Assembly: GCA_963804165.1 (NCBI GenBank)
Contig: CAWDPO010000043.1
Coordinates: forward strand, 224,001 to 288,000
DNA: 64,000 bases
Reading direction: 5' to 3'
DNA from: an uncultured delta proteobacterium
GTDB lineage: Bacteria > Desulfobacterota > Binatia > UBA9968
Shown here: piece after piece, positions 21,301 through 30,139 of the stretch
Position numbering within the stretch: position 1 is the first letter of the stretch
Layout: the number at the start of each line of letters is the position of its first letter
Notes under the pieces: model-generated
What the model was told of the DNA's origin: nothing
Databases searched by the model: none
What the model saw: the letters and a program-made list of their open reading frames with translations, nothing else
Translations under genes and position numbers: made by a program

Positions 21301-24267
21301 CTTGACCTTGACCCTCAGCGTCTCCACTTGCCGCGTTTTCATACGTTTGCGCTTCGATTTACCCATGAGCGGATGAGCGGCCTCTTCGGGCAACGGATAG
21401 CGCGGCGGCCCGGCCTCGTAGGACATCGGCTTCGCCGCTCTCACGTCCCGCACTGCGGGCGGCTTATCCGTCAAAACTCCAGTCACGCCGCTGCGAAGCA
21501 ATTCGGTCACGGCGCTGAAATATTCATCGGTGTTCGCCAGATCGCCGTGCACCGCCGGCATGTAGTAGCGCCTGCCGATTCCGCCGATCGCACCCGACTT
21601 CCACGTGACCGTGCCATCCCCTTCGGCGGTACCGATCATTTTCCAGCGGCCCCCAACTTTCTCGATACCGCAAGCCGTAACGGGAGCGCAGCCATGCACG
21701 TAAATGGTTTTTTCTTTGTGCGATTCCGGCAAAGCCGGCGTCAAACCATCGCGATCCCACAGCCATTTGCCTTGATTGAGCGCTGCATCGCTCGGCACCG
21801 CTGCGACCTTGTCGCCAAACCAGAAATCTTTCATGTCCTGTTTAAACGCTGTCCATCGGCCAGCGCTAAAATAATCATCGAACTGCGCGCCGCCGATGTC
21901 TTGAAAGCCCGGTTTCGGTAACAGCTGCAATGCACCGCGAAATTCACCGATGATATCGAGAATGGTTTGCAAGTCTTGCGCGATATCCAGGCGTGCGAGA
22001 GTGCGCAGCGTGTCGGATTTGCCGATCAGCGCTTCGACCATCGAGTGTGCGCCCTGGTTCGGCGTGCCGAGCATGATGAAGCGCGCGCCGTCGCGAGCCA
22101 TCAGCTGATCCCAGAGCTGAGGATTTTTGTGAACCAGCGAGCGCACGACCAAACCGCCCATGCTATGAGCGAGAATGCGAATCGGGCGCTCGGGATCCTT
22201 CGTAGCGTCGGCCAATCCGCGTAAAAACTTCTCTAGTTGTTCGGCTAGAATATCGAGAGGCAAGCGCCAGTCGTAAGGAAACCGTTCGACCCGGTGCGAG
22301 TCCATGAGATGCTCGCACAAATCGCCGTACGACATATCGAAGAGCTTTTCCGCGGCGATGCCGTCGCCCGCCGCTGATCCTGTGGCCACAGTCCAGCGCA
22401 GATCGTCGAGTCCGCCGGCCGCGATATCGGGAACGTCGAACCAGACACGGTCACTGTTATTTTTCCACAGATGGGAGCCCATGATTCCCGGCAACACGAC
22501 AACGACGGGCAGTGTGGCTTCCGCCGCCTCGCCGCCGCGGCTTCGGCGCAGAGCTGCGGTCCGGCTTATCTCTTCGGCCAGACTGGGTTCTTGCAAATCG
22601 CCGGGCAAGGTTTTGAAAAGCTCGAGGCGCTCGACCGCGTCCGAAAGCAGCCATTCGCGCAGCGCCGCGCGCGTGCTGTCATTCTGAAAATAGTGAAAAT
22701 GCGACGTCGCCGGTCCTTGATCGAGCAGCGCGCGCCCGCCGGCCTGACGTGCAATGCCGGCATACATCGAATCGGTATCGACGACCAGATCGTTGTCGAT
22801 GCCGCTGAAAAGAGCATAGTCCGTGAACAACACCCCCAACCTTTTGAGCAGGCCGCCACCTTCGATGTCACCGGCGATAACGGCCATTTGCGTGGACTCT
22901 TGCGGCTCGGCAACGGCTAAAAAACGCGCCATCGGCGAATCCGGCAGCATCGCCTCAATACCGGGAATGAGCTTGGCGTCCGTGCGGTTCTTGGCGATCT
23001 CAAGGACGATGCGCTTGAACGCGTAGTAAAGCGGGTTGCCGTAAAGATAGGGCACGCGACCGATCAACGTGAGTAAAGCCGAGAGGAAGATGTCGAGATT
23101 TCCCGAAGCGAGCAGCGTGCCGCGCGCCGGGCAGCCCACACGCACGTAACGTTGCATGACGAATTGCTTTTCCTGCAGCAGAGCGCGCAAATCGCGTAGT
23201 CTTGCTCGGAGTTCCGCGTGGGCATTGGCGACTTCGCTCTTTATGCGTTCCCGCTCCTCTTCGGAAACATCGCCGGGCTCCGGCAGATCGCTCTTGAACC
23301 CCTCGATCAGGTCGTCGCTAAAATTCTCCAGGCACAACAGATCGCCGATCAATCCGCCGCGCGAATGCGCGACCAGATTAATTTGCGCACCTTTGGGCAA
23401 CTTGGCCGCGAGCTCGATGGCGTTCTGAATCGGGCTCTCCGACAAGGTAGGATGTTCGAAGCCGTAGATCCGATCGTCGAACTTGGTTTCCAGCGCCTGC
23501 CAATCGCCTGAGGAACTTTTTTGCAAGTCGCCGAAGCTTCCGCACGTGGACGAACCGGTACCGTGAATAAAAACCAGCAGCGGCCCTTCCCTGGCATCCT
23601 TCGCCAGCGCCTCGTCGTCGATATTCACCAGATCGACCGCTTGTCCCGTGCCGCGCGGCCAGCGATATAGCCCCGGCTTTCGGTCGAGGCGATTTTCGAT
23701 CGCCCACATGAGCGCCTTGGTGCCGAGCCATGTGACACCCAGTCCGGCGTATCCCCGGATTTTTTCCTCCGCCTTCTCGCCCAGCCACTCTGCTGCTTTG
23801 CGTTTGGCCGCATCGATGATCGGATCGGCGACATCGCCCACCGTCAAGGTAAACACACGTGCAACAAGGTCACTGACCGCGTCGCCGATGATACCGCGGC
23901 TCTCCTCGGCGCGCTCATGCAGCGCATCGAGCTTTAACGTCCCGTCCGCTTCCACCGCCTCGGGATTGACCCGCTTCAGCGACTCTCGAAGCTTCGCCGC
24001 GCTGGTGATAACGGTCACGCCATCGGACATTTCCAAGACGACGACTTCGTCGTCGGCCGCTTGGATCGTTTTCTCGATAACGCCTTCGGCGCTTGAACGG
24101 GACCGCCGTCCGACTTCGAAAGCCGAGTTAATTTTCAAGTAGCCGTCTGGAAAAAACTCATCTGGCCTGGCGTCACCGGACGCGCGCGTCGCCCGACGCA
24201 AAGCATTGGGCAAAGCAGGATTGGCGATCGGAGTACCGGTAAGTTTAAGCGAAATGCTAACAGTCAT
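18322..24267 (-). CDS. Giant tandem-lipase + CHAT caspase-like protease + TPR-like protein (about 1980 aa)
   Basis: Hydrolase 1: FIHGTGS, AHSRGG, DLVV, SHF. Hydrolase 2: LPGIMGS, YDWR, AHSMGG, GDGTV, HGDL. CHAT: LPWELM, VHIAAHG, VFLNCC, WGAYQAYGDP. RBS AAGGAGAGG favours ATG 24267 (track start 24291). Confidence 0.9.
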   Translation of the reverse strand: MTVSISLKLTGTPIANPALPNALRRATRASGDARPDEFFPDGYLKINSAFEVGRRSRSSAEGVIEKTIQAADDEVVVLEMSDGVTVITSAAKLRESLKRVNPEAVEADGTLKLDALHERAEESRGIIGDAVSDLVARVFTLTVGDVADPIIDAAKRKAAEWLGEKAEEKIRGYAGLGVTWLGTKALMWAIENRLDRKPGLYRWPRGTGQAVDLVNIDDEALAKDAREGPLLVFIHGTGSSTCGSFGDLQKSSSGDWQALETKFDDRIYGFEHPTLSESPIQNAIELAAKLPKGAQINLVAHSRGGLIGDLLCLENFSDDLIEGFKSDLPEPGDVSEEERERIKSEVANAHAELRARLRDLRALLQEKQFVMQRYVRVGCPARGTLLASGNLDIFLSALLTLIGRVPYLYGNPLYYAFKRIVLEIAKNRTDAKLIPGIEAMLPDSPMARFLAVAEPQESTQMAVIAGDIEGGGLLKRLGVLFTDYALFSGIDNDLVVDTDSMYAGIARQAGGRALLDQGPATSHFHYFQNDSTRAALREWLLSDAVERLELFKTLPGDLQEPSLAEEISRTAALRRSRGGEAAEATLPVVVVLPGIMGSHLWKNNSDRVWFDVPDIAAGGLDDLRWTVATGSAAGDGIAAEKLFDMSYGDLCEHLMDSHRVERFPYDWRLPLDILAEQLEKFLRGLADATKDPERPIRILAHSMGGLVVRSLVHKNPQLWDQLMARDGARFIMLGTPNQGAHSMVEALIGKSDTLRTLARLDIAQDLQTILDIIGEFRGALQLLPKPGFQDIGGAQFDDYFSAGRWTAFKQDMKDFWFGDKVAAVPSDAALNQGKWLWDRDGLTPALPESHKEKTIYVHGCAPVTACGIEKVGGRWKMIGTAEGDGTVTWKSGAIGGIGRRYYMPAVHGDLANTDEYFSAVTELLRSGVTGVLTDKPPAVRDVRAAKPMSYEAGPPRYPLPEEAAHPLMGKSKRKRMKTRQVETLRVKVKAMDLRFVTQPIMVGHYEQDAISGAESIIDRDVVDRALSERYNMGLYAGPVGTAVVVLRLPNDAERLRGSFCGAVVTGLGQYDGTLSANTLTEAVRTGAVRYLLQYADCSGGRSGEIALSTLILGYNSTANLTVAASIEALIRGVVEGNLKFNEATAGSLRISSLEIVELYLDSAISAMHSLTDFAAEMNADIRQLGVRLEVPEELDRGIGVRQRLDDSRAVAHWPRMIITNADGDEDGSSQPTVDESPRAEGDRSKQPTKIAERLRFVHVGQRARAETIVQQRQPGLVESLIAQQIRAQSYQPEFCRTLFQLMVPQDFKDAARQLDRIVLVLDGYTANLPWELMLADQEPLAVGAHMIRQLSSSRFRRQVRQSLQPLAYVIGNPSTENFFKMFPFPNRQPTEGLDSLAGAEEEAGAVVEALNRHGYQVESSIGQGRKALDVITPLYQKPYRIVHIAAHGLFEQPAADGVTRTGVVLSDGLLLGAAEIGQMEIVPDLVFLNCCHLAKANPTPIAYNRLAYSISRELIEIGVRCVIAAGWAVDDDAALSFADTFYRCILQDKLQFGDAIFEARRETYRKHGSSITWGAYQAYGDPGWRVDPRAESNGGGEDVGRFIAPEELIDQIERLRIHIYRRRESMTPSDAKSIGAELKQLLSRCPRNWLGKPAVNFELAQTYALLGVEHFEDARKFYRFAIAAEDKVGRVPIAAIEQLANLESRLAESSGDAELAERALARLKNLNHIAAGPADDGSAKTDKAGLSANVERAAVIGSAYKRKAAIFANRIIAGDTAAATVKEFNDAVQASIEAYEIGSGKATDERFDPYPALNGLALRALEGIYKEGVQECAVCAGKANDRFKQSPDVWNAVMAADAYLVESLCTGALANEDGKSEKAFEEVSRHYTEALAHIQIVPKDLDSVTQQLCLLALLFDAKAATRIGTSRVKADTAIAQRLRRLADTIRPGSCTAANNSRPKRAEQKPPSKKPSARGRSPRRRR

Positions 24268-24675
24268 CTGCCTCTCCTTAGGTATCGGCATGGCTAGACT
24301 GAACGCAGACTGCGCGGCGACACGCTTTTACGCTATGATTCAAAACACATCCTGCAATAAAATAGTCAACGCGAAGTATTATAAATGAAGACTGGCGCTT
24401 ACGGGTACAAAGATTTTTACGGTCCGTGAGAGCCGGTCGTGCAGCAGGACGCAGCATTGGCTCTGCGGTAATTTTCTCGGAGCAATACGAATGCCAAGAA
24501 CTTCAGTCAACCGCCGTCGTGAGCAAGCTATCGAAGTTACGTGACTAGCCGCCCGGATCCTGATTTTACTGTTGAGATAGCCGGGGATTCGCCTCCGGGC
24601 TTGAGTGCTGTGTGAGTCCTGCCCGGTGTTGGAAATAAATTCGCGCGAGATCCGTTTCCTGATTCAGAGCCAATT

Positions 24676-25026
24676 TCAAAGCGGTAAGAAGCTGACCCGA
24701 TTCACCCATTCTTCAGCCTCGGTTGCTACCCAAATCAACCGCAGATCATCTACCACAGTCGCAACCGCAAGGTGCTGGGGAACAATCAGCAATCCCGGGG
24801 AAGTAGTTCCAGAAATAAATTCCGAGAAATGCCACGGCATGGTCTTGTGATCGTGTGTTACAAGTACCCGTCCCTCGCGAGCGGCCATTTCTAATACTTC
24901 TCGATCGTCTAATGACTTCAGACTGGCAGCGGCTGCCGTCTGGAAATCTATAGACGGTTCACGCCGCACTGTTGCCAACACAATTATCTGGTTCAGGTCG
25001 GCATCCGCCTGAAACCGAATTTTCAT
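24676..25026 (-). CDS. DUF5615 PIN-like toxin
   Basis: RFQADADL, DREVLEMAAREGRVLVTHD. Confidence 0.85.
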   Translation of the reverse strand: MKIRFQADADLNQIIVLATVRREPSIDFQTAAAASLKSLDDREVLEMAAREGRVLVTHDHKTMPWHFSEFISGTTSPGLLIVPQHLAVATVVDDLRLIWVATEAEEWVNRVSFLPL

Positions 25027-25340
25027 GGGTGTGAGATTTGAATCGTTCGGCGTGCGTCGGCTAGTTTCACATAGAACATCGGATCAGCGTCGCGGGCGGC
25101 TTGCCTCGCGATTTCATAATCCGCTTGAGCTTGAACGAGGTAGGCATCGATATCCGCCCGGTTGGATAGATAGAAAGCGACAGCGCCGTAAACTTGTTCC
25201 AATGTGAGCGCCGGAAAGGACTGTGCGATACTTTCAGCAGACTGGCCACTGAGAAAAGCGTAGACGACCGAGTCTAGCGAAACGCGAGTGTTGGAGATCC
25301 AATATCCTCCGTCTCGCTTTTCAACATATTCTTTGTTCAT
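25023..25340 (-). CDS. DUF433 antitoxin
   Basis: TRVSLDSVV...GQSAESIAQSFPALTLEQVYGAVAFY; ATGA overlap with the toxin. Confidence 0.88.
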   Translation of the reverse strand: MNKEYVEKRDGGYWISNTRVSLDSVVYAFLSGQSAESIAQSFPALTLEQVYGAVAFYLSNRADIDAYLVQAQADYEIARQAARDADPMFYVKLADARRTIQISHP

Positions 25341-25551
25341 AGGTGTACGTCTCTCCCAACCAACGCCCAATTATTAACCATGGCGCACACCAGATCAAGT
25401 CGCCGAGTGCATGCCATATGAGTCTTACTTAACGCGAGCAAAAATCCATCTAACCCTTTGGCTTGAACAGAGTTCAACTATATTAGATTGTGACGGCAGT
25501 GGATTCTTCAAATAAGGATTCGCAAAACTCTTGACGTCGATTGATCTGACC

Positions 25552-26613
25552 ATGAAACACTCACCGCCGTGGCTGATTTTCCTATGTCTATTGATCGCTT
25601 TCAGTTCGCTGCTGGTGCACGCACAAGACCCACGTCCCCGGCCGGAAGTGGAAACTCAGGAGCCGCATCTGCAGAACCTTAAGCAGTTAACTTCTGGTGG
25701 ACAGAACGCCGAAGCATACTTTTCGTATGACGGCACGAAAATCATCTTCCAATCCACTCGTCCGCCTTACCAGTGCGATCAGATCTTTAGCATGAACGTG
25801 GACGGCAGCGACGTGAAACTTTTAAACAGCGGCAAAGGCCGTACGACCTGTGGGTTCTTTTTCCCTGACGGCAAACGGGTCATTTATGCCTCGACCCACG
25901 TGGCAGGCGATGCCTGTCCGCCGGCGCCGGATCGAAGCCAGGGTTACGTCTGGCCGACTTATCCCTCGTATGAAATCTTCAGCGCCAATGTCGACGGCTC
26001 CGGATTGAAGCGCTTGACCCAGAACCCCGGGTACGACGCCGAGGGAACCATTGCGCCGGATGGGAAGAAAATCGTTTTCACCTCGATGCGCTCCGGCGAT
26101 CTCGACATCTACACGATGAACGCCGACGGCAGCGGCACAAAGAGACTTACAAGCGAAAAAGGCTATGACGGCGGCCCATTCTTCTCGTGGGACGGGAAAA
26201 CCATCGTCTATCGAGCATACCATCCTAAAACCAAGGACGAAGTAAAGGAGTACGAAACGCTCCTCAAGCAAAATCTGATCAAACCGACGCGCGCGGAAAT
26301 TTTTCTCATGTCGGCCGACGGCTCGAACAAGCGGCAACTCACCGACAACGGTGCGGCCAACTGGGCGCCGTTTTTACATCCCAACAATCGGCAGATAATT
26401 TTCTCCTCCAACCTGCACGATCCCGAACGGCGCAGTTTTTCACTTTACATGATTAACCTCGATGGCACCGGTCTGGTGCGCGTTACCTACGGCGCGCGTT
26501 TCGATAGCTTTCCGATGTTCTCGCGGGACGGCAAGAAACTCGTCTTCGCGTCGACGAGAGCTGAGAAAGAGGCGCGAGAGTTCAATATCTTTGTCGCTGA
26601 TTGGGCGCCGTAG
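25552..26613 (+). CDS. Secreted TolB-like PD40 beta-propeller protein
   Basis: Signal peptide; repeated FSxDGxxIxF units (AYFSYDGTKIIF, FFSWDGKTIVY, MFSRDGKKLVF). Confidence 0.88.
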   Translation: MKHSPPWLIFLCLLIAFSSLLVHAQDPRPRPEVETQEPHLQNLKQLTSGGQNAEAYFSYDGTKIIFQSTRPPYQCDQIFSMNVDGSDVKLLNSGKGRTTCGFFFPDGKRVIYASTHVAGDACPPAPDRSQGYVWPTYPSYEIFSANVDGSGLKRLTQNPGYDAEGTIAPDGKKIVFTSMRSGDLDIYTMNADGSGTKRLTSEKGYDGGPFFSWDGKTIVYRAYHPKTKDEVKEYETLLKQNLIKPTRAEIFLMSADGSNKRQLTDNGAANWAPFLHPNNRQIIFSSNLHDPERRSFSLYMINLDGTGLVRVTYGARFDSFPMFSRDGKKLVFASTRAEKEAREFNIFVADWAP

Positions 26614-26757
26614 AAGCGCATCACTATTGCTGCATTTCGTTCAAGAACCGGCGCAACGTTAGGTGGTGACATCCACCGCCTTTTTGAGTAGAGTCCTAGA
26701 GTCGGCCAAGCCCCATAATACTAATCGCGGGCGCGTCGACAATCGGAGGTAACTCTC

Positions 26758-28035
26758 TTGGAAACTGCGGCGCGCGAATTTCAGATCATGGTGAAAACGA
26801 TCGGGGCGATATGCAACCTCGATTGTCACTACTGCTATTACTTAGAGAAAGAGAATCTTTACCCCAAGGGCTCCAATTTTCGCCTCGACGACGAAACCCT
26901 CGAACGTTACGTCCAGCAGCATATCCGGGCGACCCCCGGCGAGATCGTCAGTTTTTCCTGGCACGGCGGCGAACCGACGTTGCTCGGCGTCGATTTTTTT
27001 CGAAAAGCGGTGGCGCTGCAGGAGAAGCATTTGCCGGACGACAAAAAGATCATCAACGGCATTCAAACCAACGGCACCACCATTGATGACGAATGGTGCG
27101 ATTTTCTCGCCAAGGAGAATTTCTACATCGGCCTCAGTCTCGACGGGCCGCGCGAACTGCACGATCACTATCGCGTCACCAAGGGACAGAAAACCACCCA
27201 CAAACAAGTCGTGCAGGCGTTCCAGATGCTCCGGCGCGCCAAAGTGCACGTCGATCTCCTCTGCGTCGTCCACGACGTCAACGTCAAGTATCCCACGCAG
27301 GTATATCGCTACTTCAAAGAAATCGGCGGGCAGTACTTACAATTCCTTCCACTGGTCGAGAAAACCGGCGAGCCGAACAACCCGGTGCACCAGCGCTCGG
27401 TGCCGGCGGCGGCTTACGGAAAATTTCTCAATACTATTTTCGACGAATGGATGCGCAACGACATAGGGAAGATTTTTATTCAACTTTTTGACGAGTCCGT
27501 GCGGCCGTTTCTCGGCATGGAGCACGCGCTCTGTATTTACCGTGAGACCTGCGGCGACGTGCCGGTGGTCGAACACAACGGCGATTTCTACTCCTGCGAT
27601 CACTATGTGTTGCCGGAATACAAGATCGGCAATATTCACGACCGGCCGCTGGCGGAGATGGTCGAGGACCCGAAACAACGCGAGTTCGGCCAGAAGAAGT
27701 GGACGAGCCTGCCCAAGTACTGCCGTGAGTGCGAAGTGCTCAGCATGTGCAACGGTGGCTGCCCCAAAGACCGCATCGTCAAAACCCCGGACGGCGAAGA
27801 AGGCCTAAATTATCTTTGCGCCGGATTAAAGGGTTTCTTCACGCACAGCAAGCCGTATTTTCAAAAATTCGCCGAGTTGGTCGGCGCCGGTGAGCCGGCG
27901 GAAAAGCTGATGGAAATCGTCCGCGCCGCCGACGCCAAGACCTCGGTTCGCCAGGCCGGTCGCAACGACCCTTGCCCCTGCGGCAGCGGCAAAAAATACA
28001 AACGCTGCTGCGGCGGCGCCCGTCCCGGAGTCTAG
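26758..28035 (+). CDS. Anaerobic sulfatase maturase-like radical SAM/SPASM enzyme with C-terminal SEC-C motif
   Basis: CNLDCHYCY, WHGGEPTL, YSCDHY, CRECEVLSMCNGGCPK, RNDPCPCGSGKKYKRCC. Confidence 0.9.
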   Translation: METAAREFQIMVKTIGAICNLDCHYCYYLEKENLYPKGSNFRLDDETLERYVQQHIRATPGEIVSFSWHGGEPTLLGVDFFRKAVALQEKHLPDDKKIINGIQTNGTTIDDEWCDFLAKENFYIGLSLDGPRELHDHYRVTKGQKTTHKQVVQAFQMLRRAKVHVDLLCVVHDVNVKYPTQVYRYFKEIGGQYLQFLPLVEKTGEPNNPVHQRSVPAAAYGKFLNTIFDEWMRNDIGKIFIQLFDESVRPFLGMEHALCIYRETCGDVPVVEHNGDFYSCDHYVLPEYKIGNIHDRPLAEMVEDPKQREFGQKKWTSLPKYCRECEVLSMCNGGCPKDRIVKTPDGEEGLNYLCAGLKGFFTHSKPYFQKFAELVGAGEPAEKLMEIVRAADAKTSVRQAGRNDPCPCGSGKKYKRCCGGARPGV

Positions 28036-28165
28036 GGCAAATCGTGCTCGTTTGACGTGTTCGTGAGCGGAAAACACGCATCACGATCACGCCCACGCGT
28101 CTTACCCTTGCGTCCCTTGCGTTCGCTGCGGTAAATCTCTTTCGTCTTAATCTACCGAGGAGCAA

Positions 28166-29059
28166 ATGATGACCCTGTACGACGACATGATGGAAGGCGT
28201 CATCGACGTCCACTGCCACATCGACTTCGAATTTTCCGCCAAGGAGCGTAAGCGTGAACCGGAGTTTCTCTGGTTTCCCAAGGCTGAGGCGATGGGCATG
28301 CGCGGCGTCGTGCTGAAATCACACTGGTGGCCGACCACCAACGTCGTTCCGTATATTCTCGCTTCGGTAGAGACCAAAGTCGCGGTCTGGTCGAGCGTCG
28401 CGCTCAACATCACCGCCGGCGGACCGAATCCTTGCATCGTCGAAGCCTGCGCCGAGCTCGGCGGCAGGATGATTTTTCTACCGACCTGGAGCGCGCGCAA
28501 CGACGTGGAGCGCAAGGGCTTCAGCAGCCGAATCAAATCTTACTACAGGAGCCACGCCAAGCTGGAGAACCCGAATTACTATTTCCTTGATGACAAGGGA
28601 AAACTGATTCCGCGCGGATATGAAATCATCGAAGCGTGCAAGTCCCACGATTTGACGCTCGGCATGGGTCACGTCTCTTGGCAGGAATCTCTAGCCTTCA
28701 TCGAAGCGGCGCGCGACATGGGCTACAGCCACAGAATCGTCGTCAACCACGTGCAGAGCCACATGATCGCCATGCCGGTCGACGCGATGAAGCGCGCCGC
28801 GGAAATGGGTGCGTTTCTCGAAGCGTGCTGGAATGCGCTGGCTCCCGGCCGGATGGATTCGCCGGATCTCGTCAAACAGTTTCGCGAAGTGGGTCTCAGA
28901 CAGATTATCGCGAGCACGGACTATTTCCGCCCCTACAGTCCAAATCCCGCTGAACTTTTTCGCATGTATCTCGGCATGCTGCACGAAGGCGGCCTGAGCA
29001 AAGGCGAAGTGAATCAAGTCGCGGCGATCAATCCGGCGCGTCTGATGGGCATGGCGTGA
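28166..29059 (+). CDS. Amidohydrolase-like TIM-barrel metalloprotein (DUF6282-like)
   Basis: IDVHCH, VLKSH, MGHVS, VNH, STD, NPARL; GAGGAG RBS. Confidence 0.75.
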   Translation: MMTLYDDMMEGVIDVHCHIDFEFSAKERKREPEFLWFPKAEAMGMRGVVLKSHWWPTTNVVPYILASVETKVAVWSSVALNITAGGPNPCIVEACAELGGRMIFLPTWSARNDVERKGFSSRIKSYYRSHAKLENPNYYFLDDKGKLIPRGYEIIEACKSHDLTLGMGHVSWQESLAFIEAARDMGYSHRIVVNHVQSHMIAMPVDAMKRAAEMGAFLEACWNALAPGRMDSPDLVKQFREVGLRQIIASTDYFRPYSPNPAELFRMYLGMLHEGGLSKGEVNQVAAINPARLMGMA

Positions 29060-29075
29060 GAGATTGGCGGACGAA

Positions 29076-29955
29076 TCAGGCCGCCCGAAATAGCGAGCTT
29101 TCTTCGGTGAAAGCGTCACGCAGCTCCTGCACCAACTGCGTCAGCGCTTCTTCATCTTCGCAGCCGGAAGCACGGATCATGGCGATGCCGGGATCGGGAC
29201 ATTCACTGAAAAAACCGATGTCCGCGCGCGCACACAGGTAATCGGCCATGTCGATGATCGCCGCCAACGATCCGGGCGCGTTGGCGCTACCTTTTATGAT
29301 GGATCAGTACCGCCTCGCTCACTTCCTCTTCGATGTTCCAGAAATCCAAGAGCGCGACGCCGACCGCAGCGTGATCGAAGCCGTAGCGCTTTGCTTCTCC
29401 AGCTACGATCACCTCCTGCGCTTGCTGCGCTTCGTCGACGAGCTGCTCGAAGCCGCGCGGATCACTGTTGAAAAGAACCATTTCACCTATATCGTGCAAG
29501 AGCCCCGCTAGGAACGCCATTTCCCCGTCCGCAAAGCCGACCCGTTTCGCAAGCATGCGCGCGGCAAGGGCCGCCCCGAGCGAGTGACTCCACAGTTTTT
29601 CGGAAATTTTGTTCTTGCGCGATAGAAAGCTTTCGGCCGCCGCCGCAACCACGATGCTGCGAAGCGTCTGCAGCCCCAGCACGAGGATCGCTTGATGGAC
29701 CGATTGAGGCTGAAAACGCTGCGCGTAGCGCGGCGAGCGGGACATCGACAGAGTCTTCGACGCCAAGGAGGGATCGTCGGCGATCACCCTCGACAGCTCG
29801 CGGACGTTAAAATTCGGGTCTTTCAGGATGTTTAGCACCTTGGTCACCACCGCCGGGGGAGACCGCAATTTGTGGCGTTCCTTGATTTCACGGATGTGCA
29901 GCCGAAGTGTTTCCTGATTGGGTCTGCTTGGGGCCACTCCTTGAGACGTTTTCAC
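29076..29955 (-). CDS. HDOD domain protein, frameshift near 29290
   Basis: DPSLASKTL, AILVLG, WSHS, AGLLHDIG, FDHAAVG; GTG start after GGAGG; C-terminus in ORF 29076..29267. Confidence 0.85.
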
Positions 29956-30139
29956 GGGAATTCCTCCGAGGTACATTATCGGCGAAAATACTGAATTCTT
30001 TACCGCTGCGTCCGGCGCCGAATCCCGCCAATTTCCTCTGGAACGGGACGACTCCACTCGGCTAAGCTAACAATCGAATTGGGACAGCGCGGCTCATCGC
30101 CTCATCGGCCCTGCCAGACTCGGGCCGTTGACATCCTTC

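Noticed and set aside
24390-24670. Possible ncRNA or gene relic upstream of the CHAT giant
   Set aside because: I could not recognise an RNA family, repeat or protein motif; an Infernal/Rfam scan would be needed.
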